From: an uncultured Alphaproteobacteria bacterium | GTDB lineage: Bacteria > Pseudomonadota > Alphaproteobacteria > Rs-D84 | Assembly (NCBI GenBank): GCA_947367055.1 | Contig: CANBCI010000003.1 | Span: 161,508 to 225,507, forward strand | DNA: 64,000 nucleotides | Direction of reading: 5' to 3' | Shown: positions 38,744-48,882 of the stretch, in pieces | Layout of the letters: each line of letters opens with the position of its first letter | How positions within the stretch are numbered: the first letter of the stretch is position 1 | Program-made: the position numbers and the translations under genes | The notes under the pieces: model-generated | What the model was told of the DNA's origin: nothing | The model's input: the letters and a program-made list of their open reading frames with translations, nothing else | The model's database searches: none

Positions 38744-41107
38744 ATGATTAAAATAAAGCAACAATTTTCAGACCTGCGCAAAACAACGCCAAAGCATATC
38801 CAGTGGCTGCTGCTGGCGGCGGCGTTTATTGTGGTGTTGATATTGTTGACGCTACTGCTGACGGGCGGTGGGAAACAGGAAACAATCCAAAACACGGACG
38901 ATATTCCGGTACAATTAAACATAACGCCCGATGTAATCGACTGGGCGGACACGCCGGTTGATGAACGCCGCACGGAAACGATAAAAGTGTCGGCCAGTGG
39001 TCCGGTAAAAATCACGGCGGTTCGTGATACAAAAAGCATATCGGGATTTGAACACAAAGAAACCTGTCCCAACATGGGCGAAGTCAATGACAAAATCTCG
39101 TGCACGATAACGGTTGATTATGCACCAACCGCCGCCGCCGCCGCCGAAGGAAATGCACTGTTTATCGATTGGCGCGGTGCAAATGAATCCGACGCAATGG
39201 TGCGCACCGATAAAATTATCATCACATTGGGCGCGGTTGCACCCGCGGCGCCGGCAAATTTCATAGAACCAGAACCTGAGCCGGAAATTGTTATCCCGGA
39301 ACCGACGCCTGTAACGGCTGAAATTGTGCGTGAAATTGAAACAATCGCACCGTCTGATCCGTTTGCCGACGACAATGATGACGATTTTGTGGTCCCAGAA
39401 CCTGTACAACCCGCGCCACCGCCGGCAAAGCCGGTTGCAAATACACCGTCACGGGCAGAGGCATGCTCTGACTTTGCATTTGCGGGCTACAATTCAACTG
39501 GCAATCAAATCGGCTGGATAAAGCCAGAGGGCGGCGCATATTACTTTCACCCGTTTTCCGATAAAAACTGCGATACGCCGACGGGTATTTATAATCCGGA
39601 CAACGGCATAATTACATCAATTGACGGATCGGGTCAAAAAATCGGCACCGATGCGGAACATATCGGCCAGACGACAATTTCACTAAACGGCACGATTCCG
39701 CAACTGTCCAATGCGCCGGCCGTAAAAAAGGTGAACCGTGCACGGCAATTAACCACCGAAGAACTATCAACAGTCGCATTAAATGAGGGCATGGGCCAGG
39801 TTCCGTTGACCCCCGCGCCCGTGGACGTCAGTTTTGATTCCAGTGGCGACGTAATCCAGAATACGCAGCCATTTGACCGCTCATTTATACTGCGTCAATA
39901 TAAACCAATTCCGGCAACAATTGTTTCGGACATTCGTGCCGATGCAGAGGCATTGGCAAACAACACACTGCCGGTTCGCGCAACAGTTGACCGCAATGTC
40001 TATGCCGATAACGGCCGCACGGTTATTATACCGGCCGGGACCCTGCTGATGGGATATGTGACGGGCACATTGCCCGGCCCGTACACCACAATCGGGCGTA
40101 TGGATATCCGTTGGTACCAGTTTATATTGCCCAGTGGCGTTGAATTTAATTTCCAAAATAAAGAACAGGATCCGTTTTCCGCAGACGCCCAGGGGCGCAC
40201 CGGTGTTCCCGGCCGCGGCAGCACGGATTATCTGGAACAGTTTGTTATGCCGATGCTGACGGCGATTGTACCGGCGGCGGTAAACATGATTGCACCTGTC
40301 GCGGACAAGTTTGTTAACCAGATTGATTTGGACAATAACACCGTGGTTCAAAGCGGCACACTGCGTTCATCGGAATTGGCTAAAAATGAAATTATCACCG
40401 CATGGAATCAGGTGGCCCAGAAATTAATGGTTGATATGATGGAAAATACAGTACCGCCGTTTTCAATTGCGGCCGGCACGCGTATAACCGTGTATTCGCC
40501 GGTTGATTTGCAGGTCACATGCGGATCCGCAGCAGAAAACCCGGGCAAAAAATGCGCCATAAAAGAATACAATACCAGCAGACGCCGCAATGTTGTCAAT
40601 GATGCGCAACCGAATTATTCCGACGGATCTTGGGTCGGCCAGGTTCGCTCTTTCAACTGGGCTAAATATTGCGACGGGTACGCAAATGGTAAACTGTCAG
40701 ACTATCAAACAGAGAAAGTATACCAAGACGGCCTGGATTATAGTTCGGTTCTGTTCTATTGCCAATCCAACCAATACAAGGCGATAAACAACGCCCGCCA
40801 GGAGGCATTGTACCAGAATCAGCAGTCAACCAGCAATCAGAACAGCGTTGCCAGCATGGGCGGCATAGGGTCGACCACATACAATGAAAATGTTCTGGGG
40901 TTGCAGTATGCGGACGAAGATAAAACACAGATTGTAAATCCGTTTATACAATTGCCGACGGAAAACGCCCCGTTGATAACATGCGAAGACGGTTCAAATC
41001 CGGACGCAAACGGATGTTGCACCGGTGAAATATATACGGACATGGGTGACCAAGGATTTAATTGTTGCCCGGAAACCGGGGGCGATTGTTTCCCGCCGAT
41101 ACTGTAA
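38744..41107 (+). CDS. virB10: type IV secretion system protein VirB10/TrbI-like, atypically long (787 aa) with Pro-rich linker and approx 230 aa Cys-rich C-terminal extension
   Basis: It has a TM near the N-terminus, a PEPEPEIVIPEPTP linker, and the core ...RTVIIPAGTLLMGYVTG...RMDIRWYQFILPSG...TGVPGRGSTDYLEQF.... An extra domain ends in ...CEDGSNPDANGCCTGEIYTDMGDQGFNCCPETGGDCFPPIL. Confidence 0.8.
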   Translation: MIKIKQQFSDLRKTTPKHIQWLLLAAAFIVVLILLTLLLTGGGKQETIQNTDDIPVQLNITPDVIDWADTPVDERRTETIKVSASGPVKITAVRDTKSISGFEHKETCPNMGEVNDKISCTITVDYAPTAAAAAEGNALFIDWRGANESDAMVRTDKIIITLGAVAPAAPANFIEPEPEPEIVIPEPTPVTAEIVREIETIAPSDPFADDNDDDFVVPEPVQPAPPPAKPVANTPSRAEACSDFAFAGYNSTGNQIGWIKPEGGAYYFHPFSDKNCDTPTGIYNPDNGIITSIDGSGQKIGTDAEHIGQTTISLNGTIPQLSNAPAVKKVNRARQLTTEELSTVALNEGMGQVPLTPAPVDVSFDSSGDVIQNTQPFDRSFILRQYKPIPATIVSDIRADAEALANNTLPVRATVDRNVYADNGRTVIIPAGTLLMGYVTGTLPGPYTTIGRMDIRWYQFILPSGVEFNFQNKEQDPFSADAQGRTGVPGRGSTDYLEQFVMPMLTAIVPAAVNMIAPVADKFVNQIDLDNNTVVQSGTLRSSELAKNEIITAWNQVAQKLMVDMMENTVPPFSIAAGTRITVYSPVDLQVTCGSAAENPGKKCAIKEYNTSRRRNVVNDAQPNYSDGSWVGQVRSFNWAKYCDGYANGKLSDYQTEKVYQDGLDYSSVLFYCQSNQYKAINNARQEALYQNQQSTSNQNSVASMGGIGSTTYNENVLGLQYADEDKTQIVNPFIQLPTENAPLITCEDGSNPDANGCCTGEIYTDMGDQGFNCCPETGGDCFPPIL

Positions 41108-41112
41108 ATAAT

Positions 41113-41138
41113 ACCCCCGCGCATGCGGGGATTTTTTT
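41113..41138 (+). terminator. rho-independent terminator ACCCCCGC-GCAT-GCGGGGGATTTTTTT after virB10
   Basis: A perfect hairpin plus T7. Confidence 0.65.
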
Positions 41139-41414
41139 ATTAACCACAGGGGTTGAAAAAATAAAGAAATGATTTATATATGTTCATGTATTCGGCACGC
41201 ACATTCGCGTGCCGTTTTTATTATACGCCAATTTGCGCCGCCCTGAAAAACGCGATATTTTGCGATTCGGATACACCCCAACAAAAGCGACAAACGAATC
41301 GAAAAACATAATCGCATTTCAACCATTGGTTGTAACATTTTACAGCCTTCAATTCTTGCTCTATACCAAAAGGACAACCTGTCATAAGTAATCTAAACAC
41401 AAAGGAGGGATAAT

Positions 41415-41759
41415 ATGACACAAAAAGAAGCCGTACTAAACAATTCGGAAAAATTCCAGAACGCCGAACAATTATGGTTTTGGTTTCTGTATTCAAAATC
41501 CGTTCAACATGGTTTTGTACGGAATTTTGGACGCGCCACCCGCAGACCCTGTGAATTGCTGGATGTTGAAACGCTGATAACAAAATTGTACCTGTCGGGT
41601 CGGCTGAATGACGAACAATTGGCCGTCATGAAAAAGTTCGGCGACCGGCGGCGCGCGCCACACCAACATATTTGGCATGAAAACCGTGCCGCGGACTTAT
41701 GGCGCCGCGCAATGGAAACATTGAACACGGCATTTACACAACAGGGATGGATTGAATAA
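41415..41759 (+). CDS. hypothetical protein (114 aa) with strong SD AAAGGAGGG
   Basis: A clean ORF with an RBS, in a small operon downstream of virB10. Confidence 0.5.
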   Translation: MTQKEAVLNNSEKFQNAEQLWFWFLYSKSVQHGFVRNFGRATRRPCELLDVETLITKLYLSGRLNDEQLAVMKKFGDRRRAPHQHIWHENRAADLWRRAMETLNTAFTQQGWIE

Positions 41760-42192
41760 AACTATCGGCACACGGCATCCGGCGGGGAGATACGAATGCC
41801 CACGCCCGTTATACAAACATATTGGAACACTTGACATGATTATTATTGCATTTTCATCAAATACATCAAAAATATTACCACGAATTTTTTGCAGACATTT
41901 TCGGCACTGTGCGGTGATTATCCCGCACGCGGGTATGCAGCCCGAACTGCATTTATACCAATTTCTGCGACGCAAGCATGTTGCACGATTATCCCTAAAA
42001 TGCCGCGATATAAATGTGCTGCGCAGGCATGGATGGCATTTCTTATACATACCGGGCGACGTCACGATGCCAACAAATGCGGCGCGCGCCATGACATGCG
42101 TCAATTTTACAAAACGGGCAATCGGCATGCGCGCCCCATTTGTACAAACCCCGGACGCCCTGTACCGGCGACTAAAACACATGATAAAATGA
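41752..42192 (+). CDS. hypothetical protein (146 aa), overlaps upstream stop by 8 nt
   Basis: The ORF is followed by a terminator. Composition is less protein-like. Confidence 0.3.
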   Translation: MNKTIGTRHPAGRYECPRPLYKHIGTLDMIIIAFSSNTSKILPRIFCRHFRHCAVIIPHAGMQPELHLYQFLRRKHVARLSLKCRDINVLRRHGWHFLYIPGDVTMPTNAARAMTCVNFTKRAIGMRAPFVQTPDALYRRLKHMIK

Positions 42193-42222
42193 AATCCCCC
42201 GTTTCGGGGGATTGTTTTATTT
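42192..42222. terminator. bidirectional terminator AAATCCCCC-GTTTC-GGGGGATT
   Basis: A hairpin between convergent genes. Confidence 0.6.
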
Positions 42223-43800
42223 TGCCGCGCGCATTTTTATTATATACATTTGCGCAATCGCCAAGATATTTGACACCGTCCAGTACAGCACCAGTCCCGC
42301 CGGCATCCATGCAAACATGACCGTAAACAGCACCGGCATCCATTTCATCGCCTTTTGCGTTTGGGCGACCGGGTCATTCCCGGCATTTTTATTTGAACTT
42401 GCCGACTGCAAATATTGTTGCAGCCACATTGTCGCACCCATTAATATCGGCAGTATGAAATACGGGTCCATTGCCGCCAAATCCGAAATCCACAGGAAAT
42501 GCGCACTGCGCATCTGGACGGAAACCAGCAGCGCCTTGTACAACGCAAAGAATATCGGTATTTGAATCAGCATCGGCAGGCATCCGGACATTGGCGACGT
42601 CTTGTGCGTCTGATATAGACGCATCATCTCCATCTGCATGCGCGGTTTATCATTGGCATACAGTTTCTGAATCCGCGCCATTTCCGGCTGCATTTTCTGC
42701 ATGGCCATCATTGACGTATATGACTTGCGCGTCACCGGCCACAAAATCAGTCGCAACAGCACCGTCATCAAAATAATCGCAATACCGTAATTATGCACAA
42801 AAGAATTGAACATATTTATCAGCCACAACATCGGCTGCGCCAAAAACCAGAACCAACCGTAATCCATTGTTTCATTGATTCCCGCAATTTCTTTTGATGC
42901 CGCGGCAAGCGTACCCTGTTCACGCGGGCCCGCATATATGTTCGTGATAATTGTATCCGTCGCGCCGGGTGCAATTGCAACCGCACCCGCCGCCGCATCG
43001 GCGATAAACTTATCACCCGCGCCCTTTACACGAATTGTCTGATCCGGGCGGGAAATGGATACGATTGTTTCCCAATATTGTTCGGCAAACCCCGTAAATC
43101 CGTTAATGGTTGAATACGCATAGGATTTGTTTTCCAACTTGCGCCAATCACGATATTCAACATCGGAATTTACAAAAGATACCGCGCCGGTTTTAACGCC
43201 CGCCGATGATTTTTCGACCGCCCCGCGCACAATTCGCGCATATGGCGCAAATGTTGCGTTCGTCTTGGAATTGTTCTTTATTTCATCTGTGACGGTTATA
43301 ACATAATCCGCAATGGAAACGGTGCGCGTAAACTCAACACCCGACGCGTCGCGCCATGTCATCTTGTCGGGCGCACCACGCCATTTGGCATTGGCCACTG
43401 GTGCGGCGGCGCCCGTCGCAATGTACCCGACTTCGGCATAGTCACCCTCTGCCCCCAGCAGTGCCACACGCGCACCATTTAAATCTTTGGCCGACGCCGC
43501 AAAATCCGCCAGTTTTACATCATATATACGCAGGCCCTGAACACTGGCCGACAGTTTATCGGATGAAATTTGTTGTACGGGAACAGCACTCATATCCACC
43601 GCGGGCAATGCATCGGATACATTTTCCGCATTCTTTTTTGGGCCCATAATCCACCCGATTATCATCCATGCCGCAATCAGCATTATAAACCACCACAGCA
43701 TGCCGCCGATACGCGATGACGCCTTTGATGACTGCGACGCATTTTTATTCGCGTTCCACATGTTGAACCCGGAATTATTATTGTTCAGATATTTTACCAT
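42217..43800 (-). CDS. yidC: membrane protein insertase YidC
   Basis: A large periplasmic domain is followed by 5 TM segments with a conserved C-terminal region (…MSGCLPMLIQIPIFFALY…). Confidence 0.9.
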   Translation of the reverse strand: MVKYLNNNNSGFNMWNANKNASQSSKASSRIGGMLWWFIMLIAAWMIIGWIMGPKKNAENVSDALPAVDMSAVPVQQISSDKLSASVQGLRIYDVKLADFAASAKDLNGARVALLGAEGDYAEVGYIATGAAAPVANAKWRGAPDKMTWRDASGVEFTRTVSIADYVITVTDEIKNNSKTNATFAPYARIVRGAVEKSSAGVKTGAVSFVNSDVEYRDWRKLENKSYAYSTINGFTGFAEQYWETIVSISRPDQTIRVKGAGDKFIADAAAGAVAIAPGATDTIITNIYAGPREQGTLAAASKEIAGINETMDYGWFWFLAQPMLWLINMFNSFVHNYGIAIILMTVLLRLILWPVTRKSYTSMMAMQKMQPEMARIQKLYANDKPRMQMEMMRLYQTHKTSPMSGCLPMLIQIPIFFALYKALLVSVQMRSAHFLWISDLAAMDPYFILPILMGATMWLQQYLQSASSNKNAGNDPVAQTQKAMKWMPVLFTVMFAWMPAGLVLYWTVSNILAIAQMYIIKMRAAK

Positions 43801-43802
43801 GA

Positions 43803-44351
43803 TTATTTTCCACCCTTTTGTGCATTTAATTTTTTACGACGCGCCACCCACCAGTTAAACAGATACAACCCGACACCAACGCAAATACAAATATCAGCCA
43901 CATTAAACGCCGGCCAATGATGCGTCCCGATATGAAAATCCAAGAAATCAATCACCGCGCCAAAGCGTATGCGGTCAATCAGATTTCCAATCGCCCCGCC
44001 CGCAATCAAGGCCAACGCCGCCCGTTCATGCGCATCGCCACGACGAAACAGGTAATATAAAATAAACCCGATAACCGCACCCGTCGCAAAGATTATTATA
44101 AGCGGCGCGGTTTCCCCCAGCACGCGAAACATTGAAAACGACGCACCCGGATTCCATGTGAACACGATATTAAATACATCGCACACACGCGCCATTATAT
44201 ATGAAAACGGCACCAGATTAAACGCCGCACCAAACACCGGCACGCGTCCCAAAATCAGGTACAGCAAAATACCCTTGGTCAATTGGTCAACCGCAATAAC
44301 GCCCAATATTATCGCCAAATATTTAATTACCTTTTTCATCTTTTTCCCCAT
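43803..44351 (-). CDS. lspA: lipoprotein signal peptidase II
   Basis: It carries ...FNIVFTWNPGASFSMF...IDFLDF... LspA motifs. Confidence 0.85.
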   Translation of the reverse strand: MGKKMKKVIKYLAIILGVIAVDQLTKGILLYLILGRVPVFGAAFNLVPFSYIMARVCDVFNIVFTWNPGASFSMFRVLGETAPLIIIFATGAVIGFILYYLFRRGDAHERAALALIAGGAIGNLIDRIRFGAVIDFLDFHIGTHHWPAFNVADICICVGVGLYLFNWWVARRKKLNAQKGGK

Positions 44352-44435
44352 GTGAAAAAAATATAGCAGGCACGGCCCCCAAAAGCAAATAAAATGTCCC
44401 GGCGCCCCGGGACAAAAAAGAAAGACGAAAATATA

Positions 44436-46142
44436 TCAATCCTTGGTGTCTTCGCCCGCATTAAGCAGCGCATAATTATCCGCACGCAACGCGTCCAGCA
44501 TTTCTGAAATATCCCTATCCGATACGCCCAAATATTCCAATACCCCGCGCCCCAGGAAGAAAGATGTCTCAATTGTCTCGGGCAATGCTTCAAAGGCACC
44601 TTCTTTTAACAACTCCTTGGAATCCGCCAAGTTGCGCGCACGCGCGAATATTTTCACGCGGGGCGTAACACCCTTTACGGTTAAAATTGTTTTCCGCGCG
44701 GTCGCCGCATTATCCAACGCGACAACAACCGCACGCGTGCGGCGCGCGTTTAACCCCAGTTCACGTAGCACATCGCCATTTGAACAATCACCGTACGCAA
44801 CATTAAACCCACGGTCACGCCCCAGCATAACGGCACTGACATCCAAATCAAGCGCGACGTATGGAATGTCTTTTTCAATCATAAGTTGTGCGACAATCTG
44901 CCCAACGCGTCCAAATCCGCATATTACAACCGCCGGTTGTATTTCCGGATCGGCCCGGTTGAACTGGCGCGAATGGCGTTGTGCAAACAACCAACCGCGA
45001 CGATTCAAATAATCATATACGCACAATAATATTGGCGTGACCATAATGGACAATATTATTATCGCCGTCACAATTTCCGCATGGTTTTGCGGTATCGCCT
45101 CAATTCCGCTGGACTTCATAGTCTGCAGCATCAGCAACCCAAATTCGCCGCCCTGGGCCAAAACCAGCGCAATCAGCGAAGCATCCTGGGACGGAACACT
45201 GCGCACGCGCGCAACGATATAAATCGCGACAAACTTTATCGCAATTAACCCGATTAGTCCCAAGACGACTATATACCAATTGCTAATCAGCATCGGCAGG
45301 TTCAACCCCATTCCAAGCGATATGAAAAAGAATGCCATAAACAGCATTGCATACGGACTGATTTCCGCACTGACCTGGTGACGGTAAATCGTTTCAGACA
45401 TCAGCATACCCGCCAAAAACGCCCCCAGCCCCGCCGGCATTCCGATTAAATCCAGCACAACCGCCCACACCACTATGTTCAGCATCACCGCCAGCAAGAA
45501 TACTTCGCGTGATTTTAGACGGCATACAAGTTTTAACAACGGATTCAAAATAAACCGGCCGACAATAATAACCCCCAATATCAACGCCACTGACCAGACC
45601 AAAACATCAATCGCCGTCGCCCCCAGATTAAACGAACGGCCCGCAAACACCGGCAACATGGCCAGCAACGGTATCGACAGCAAATCTTGAAACAATAAAA
45701 TTGAAAAAGTCTGCCGCCCCGGTTCCGTATTCAATTGATTTCTTTCCGTCATCAGTTGCAGGTCTTCGGACGTGCTGGACATGGCCAGCATCAACGCCAC
45801 CATCATGCATCCCATAATCGACCAAGATGTAACCCCGTGCAGTATCGGAAACAGCATTACCGCCACCATCATGACCTGGGTCAGGCCGAATCCGAATATC
45901 GTGCGCCGCATATCCCACAGGCGTCGCATATTTATTTCCAACCCGATGTTAAACCACAAAAACAGTATTCCCAAATCCCCCAGGAATTTCCATGTCTCGG
46001 TCAATTCAAACAGGTTTAACAAATACGGCCCGGATAAAACGCCCGCAATCAAAAATGCCACCAACGCGCCGATTTTCGCCGTTCGCAATATATAGGCCAG
46101 CACAAATATAATTGCAAAAAATATCAAGATAGACAGCGACAT
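44436..46142 (-). CDS. CPA2 family monovalent cation:proton antiporter (KefB/KefC-like) with C-terminal TrkA-N (RCK) domain; TGA stop
   Basis: It has 12-13 TM segments plus a Rossmann motif VVICGFGRVGQIV. It ends ...EDTKD then TGA. Confidence 0.8.
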   Translation of the reverse strand: MSLSILIFFAIIFVLAYILRTAKIGALVAFLIAGVLSGPYLLNLFELTETWKFLGDLGILFLWFNIGLEINMRRLWDMRRTIFGFGLTQVMMVAVMLFPILHGVTSWSIMGCMMVALMLAMSSTSEDLQLMTERNQLNTEPGRQTFSILLFQDLLSIPLLAMLPVFAGRSFNLGATAIDVLVWSVALILGVIIVGRFILNPLLKLVCRLKSREVFLLAVMLNIVVWAVVLDLIGMPAGLGAFLAGMLMSETIYRHQVSAEISPYAMLFMAFFFISLGMGLNLPMLISNWYIVVLGLIGLIAIKFVAIYIVARVRSVPSQDASLIALVLAQGGEFGLLMLQTMKSSGIEAIPQNHAEIVTAIIILSIMVTPILLCVYDYLNRRGWLFAQRHSRQFNRADPEIQPAVVICGFGRVGQIVAQLMIEKDIPYVALDLDVSAVMLGRDRGFNVAYGDCSNGDVLRELGLNARRTRAVVVALDNAATARKTILTVKGVTPRVKIFARARNLADSKELLKEGAFEALPETIETSFFLGRGVLEYLGVSDRDISEMLDALRADNYALLNAGEDTKD

Positions 46143-46170
46143 TTATTTTCTCCCTCCGTATATAAACGCA

Positions 46171-46995
46171 CTATACCAGAACACGCGCCATTTGTGCAAA
46201 TGTTTCGGGTGAAATTTGTTCGGCCCGTTCCGCGCCGGTCAACCCGAACTGCGCCCAGTCAACACCCGGCATTATACCGCGTATCATTTTGCGCCGCTGG
46301 CCGAAAAGTTTGGCGGTGATTTTTTCCAACTTCAACACATCGCCCAGCGCCCGAATTTTATCTTGGTTTGGGACAACCCCGACAACGGCGCTTTGCACCT
46401 TGGGCTGGGGCGTGAATGCGGTGCGCGGCACATTAAACAAAATCTTTGCATCCGCAATCAGTGCCGTTAAAACCCCCAAGCGCCCGTATGCCGCATCGCC
46501 CGGCCGCGCGGTGATGCGTTCGGCCACCTCGCGCTGGAACATCAATGTCATGGACTTTATGGGCGCGCCACCCGCCGCACGAATTAACCAGCGCACAAAC
46601 AATTCCGTTCCGACATTATACGGCAAATTCGCACATATTGCATACTCTGCCCCCCCCAGCTTTTCAAAATCAACATTCAAGGCATCGTCGTATATAACCA
46701 TCAATCGACCGGCGGACGCACGTTCTATTTCCGATAAAATTGGCTGCGTGGTCGTATCCTTTTCAATCGCGATAACACGCGCGGCCCCCGCCGTCAACAG
46801 CGCCCGCGTAAGGCCACCGGGGCCCGGTCCAACTTCAACCACCGTCATGCGTTCAATATCGGGCACACTGCGCGCGATGCGTCCCGTCAAATTCAAATCA
46901 AACAGGAAATTTTGCCCGAACTGCTTTTTCGGAACAAGCCCGGACGCGCGCATCATGCTTGACACCGGCGGCAAAGATTCAATCGCGGATGTCAT
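46171..46995 (-). CDS. rsmA: 16S rRNA (adenine1518-N6/adenine1519-N6)-dimethyltransferase
   Basis: It carries the GQNFLFD motif and a SAM-binding VVEVGPGPGGLT motif. Confidence 0.85.
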   Translation of the reverse strand: MTSAIESLPPVSSMMRASGLVPKKQFGQNFLFDLNLTGRIARSVPDIERMTVVEVGPGPGGLTRALLTAGAARVIAIEKDTTTQPILSEIERASAGRLMVIYDDALNVDFEKLGGAEYAICANLPYNVGTELFVRWLIRAAGGAPIKSMTLMFQREVAERITARPGDAAYGRLGVLTALIADAKILFNVPRTAFTPQPKVQSAVVGVVPNQDKIRALGDVLKLEKITAKLFGQRRKMIRGIMPGVDWAQFGLTGAERAEQISPETFAQMARVLV

Positions 46996-47591
46996 ATTGT
47001 CTTGCGCCCCCCGAACGCCAGGCTTAACGTTCCGTCATCCAGAAAATCCAAATCACCGCCCAATGGAACACCCGACGCCAATTCAGAAAACGCCGCCCCG
47101 CAATTGTCCCCAATAACCGACATTACATAATGCTGGGTTGTTTTACCCTCGACCGTATTGGGCAATGCAAAAATAATTTCCGTAATATTTTCATCCTTTA
47201 TGCGCCCAGGCAGTGTCGCAATATTCAAATCATCGGGCATTGTTCCCGCCGCCCCCGACAGCAATCCCCCCAAAATATGATACCGGCCGCGAAAAACAGA
47301 TGACTTTTCCAAGACCCACACATCACCAACATCGCGAACAACACATAATTGTCCGTTGGCGCGCGACGCGGTGCGGCAAAACTCGCACGCGGATGCATCG
47401 CGATCGGTCAACATTCCGCACACCGGACACGGCGCGATATTTTCCGCCGCATCATTTAACGCCGCCGAGAGTTGCGCCGCGCGCCCCGTCTTGTCCTGCA
47501 GCAAAGACAGAACAATGCGTTGCGCGGCGCGATTACCAACCCGCGGCAATTTAGCAAACTGTTTAATCAACTTCTCAATTTTCGAATTCAT
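46992..47591 (-). CDS. recR: recombination protein RecR
   Basis: It has an HhH domain, a C4 zinc finger (CPVCGMLTDRDASACEFC), and a Toprim domain. Confidence 0.9.
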   Translation of the reverse strand: MNSKIEKLIKQFAKLPRVGNRAAQRIVLSLLQDKTGRAAQLSAALNDAAENIAPCPVCGMLTDRDASACEFCRTASRANGQLCVVRDVGDVWVLEKSSVFRGRYHILGGLLSGAAGTMPDDLNIATLPGRIKDENITEIIFALPNTVEGKTTQHYVMSVIGDNCGAAFSELASGVPLGGDLDFLDDGTLSLAFGGRKTI

Positions 47592-47602
47592 AACAAAATC
47601 AC

Positions 47603-48817
47603 TTAATGAAACACATAACTGTCAATTCCGGCGGCGGACGCCCGCTGACGCAAAGATGATGCCGCGGCGTCCGACAATCCGTTCACACGCACGCGCCACA
47701 TTCCATTTGGTGCCTTTTCAATCACTGGCGCGACATTTAACGAACTTTTCACATTGGCAACCTGATTTGCGGCCGCATCACGCGATGAAAACGCACCAAA
47801 CTGAACCCCGGCCGCACCGACGCCAGATGCCGCACCACCAGATGACGCGGTCGATTTTGCCGGCGCCGAATTATGCTGCGCACCACTTGTCGCCGCAACA
47901 TACGCCGCATTAAATGTCGGCGCGGCAGCGGCATTTGACTTTGGCTGTGCGACGGGCACTGGCGCAGATGACGCGGACGATACGGGCGACGCCACCACGG
48001 CGGCGGCATCAGGCGCAACACCCGACAACGCGAAACCCTTGTTTAACATCTGGACCGATACGTTCGCACGCACATCCTTGTTTTCCGCCCCCAAGACCAC
48101 GGACATCATGCGTTTTCCGCCGCGTTGCGCGGTCGCAACCAGCGAATATTTAGACTTGTTCGTAAAGCCGGTTTTCATCCCGTCACACCCCGCATACGAC
48201 CCCAGCAACCGGTTGCCGTTTGTATATGTTTTGCCGTTGTATGTCCATGTCTTTATTCCGAAATATTTCCAGTATTGCGGGAAATGCTTATACACCGCCA
48301 TGGACAGCAATGCAATATCACGCGCAGTCGACAAATGATCATCATTCGGCAGTCCGGACGAATTTTCGAAATTGGTCTGACTAAGTCCGATTTCATTGGC
48401 AACGCGGGTCATAAGGCCGGCAAAATTGCCCTCCTTGCCCCCTTTAAGGTTTTCCGCCAACACCCGCGCAACATCATTTGCGCTTAAAACCGCGACAGCC
48501 TTTATCGCGTTTTCAACGGAAATCTTGCTGCCCGCGGCCAGGCCCAGTTTTACCGGCGACGCGTTTGCGGCAGACTGTGATACAATCAGATAATCATCCA
48601 GATGCAGCCGCCCGTGTTCCAGCGCATCAAATGTCAAATACAGTGTCATTATCTTGGTCAATGACGCCGGATAATTCGGCTGGGTTGCGTTTTCCTGATA
48701 CAATATGCGCCCGGTATCCATATCGGCAACCAAGGCGGCCCGATACTGCGCCGCACGCGCCGGCGCGCATAATGCCGCCGCAAAAAATGCACAAATAAGA
48801 ATGCCCCTTGCCTTCAT
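47603..48817 (-). CDS. D-alanyl-D-alanine carboxypeptidase (PBP5/DacC-like) with C-terminal SPOR domain
   Basis: It carries SLTKIMT (SxxK) and SGN motifs. The C-terminus ...VQFGAFSSRDAAANQV...WRVRVNGLSD...SYVF is a SPOR domain. Confidence 0.8.
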   Translation of the reverse strand: MKARGILICAFFAAALCAPARAAQYRAALVADMDTGRILYQENATQPNYPASLTKIMTLYLTFDALEHGRLHLDDYLIVSQSAANASPVKLGLAAGSKISVENAIKAVAVLSANDVARVLAENLKGGKEGNFAGLMTRVANEIGLSQTNFENSSGLPNDDHLSTARDIALLSMAVYKHFPQYWKYFGIKTWTYNGKTYTNGNRLLGSYAGCDGMKTGFTNKSKYSLVATAQRGGKRMMSVVLGAENKDVRANVSVQMLNKGFALSGVAPDAAAVVASPVSSASSAPVPVAQPKSNAAAAPTFNAAYVAATSGAQHNSAPAKSTASSGGAASGVGAAGVQFGAFSSRDAAANQVANVKSSLNVAPVIEKAPNGMWRVRVNGLSDAAASSLRQRASAAGIDSYVFH

Positions 48818-48882
48818 ACAACAAATACTACAAAAAATCCGCCCCCATGGTCAAGGGCGGATAATTTATTGACGAAAAGAAA

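Noticed and set aside
41150-41215. Possible tiny sRNA between the two terminators after virB10 (TTGAAA-18-TATATG promoter, then a GGCACGC hairpin)
   Set aside because: The predicted transcript would be only about 30 nt and the promoter match is weak. It is mentioned under the virB10-downstream finding rather than called as a feature.
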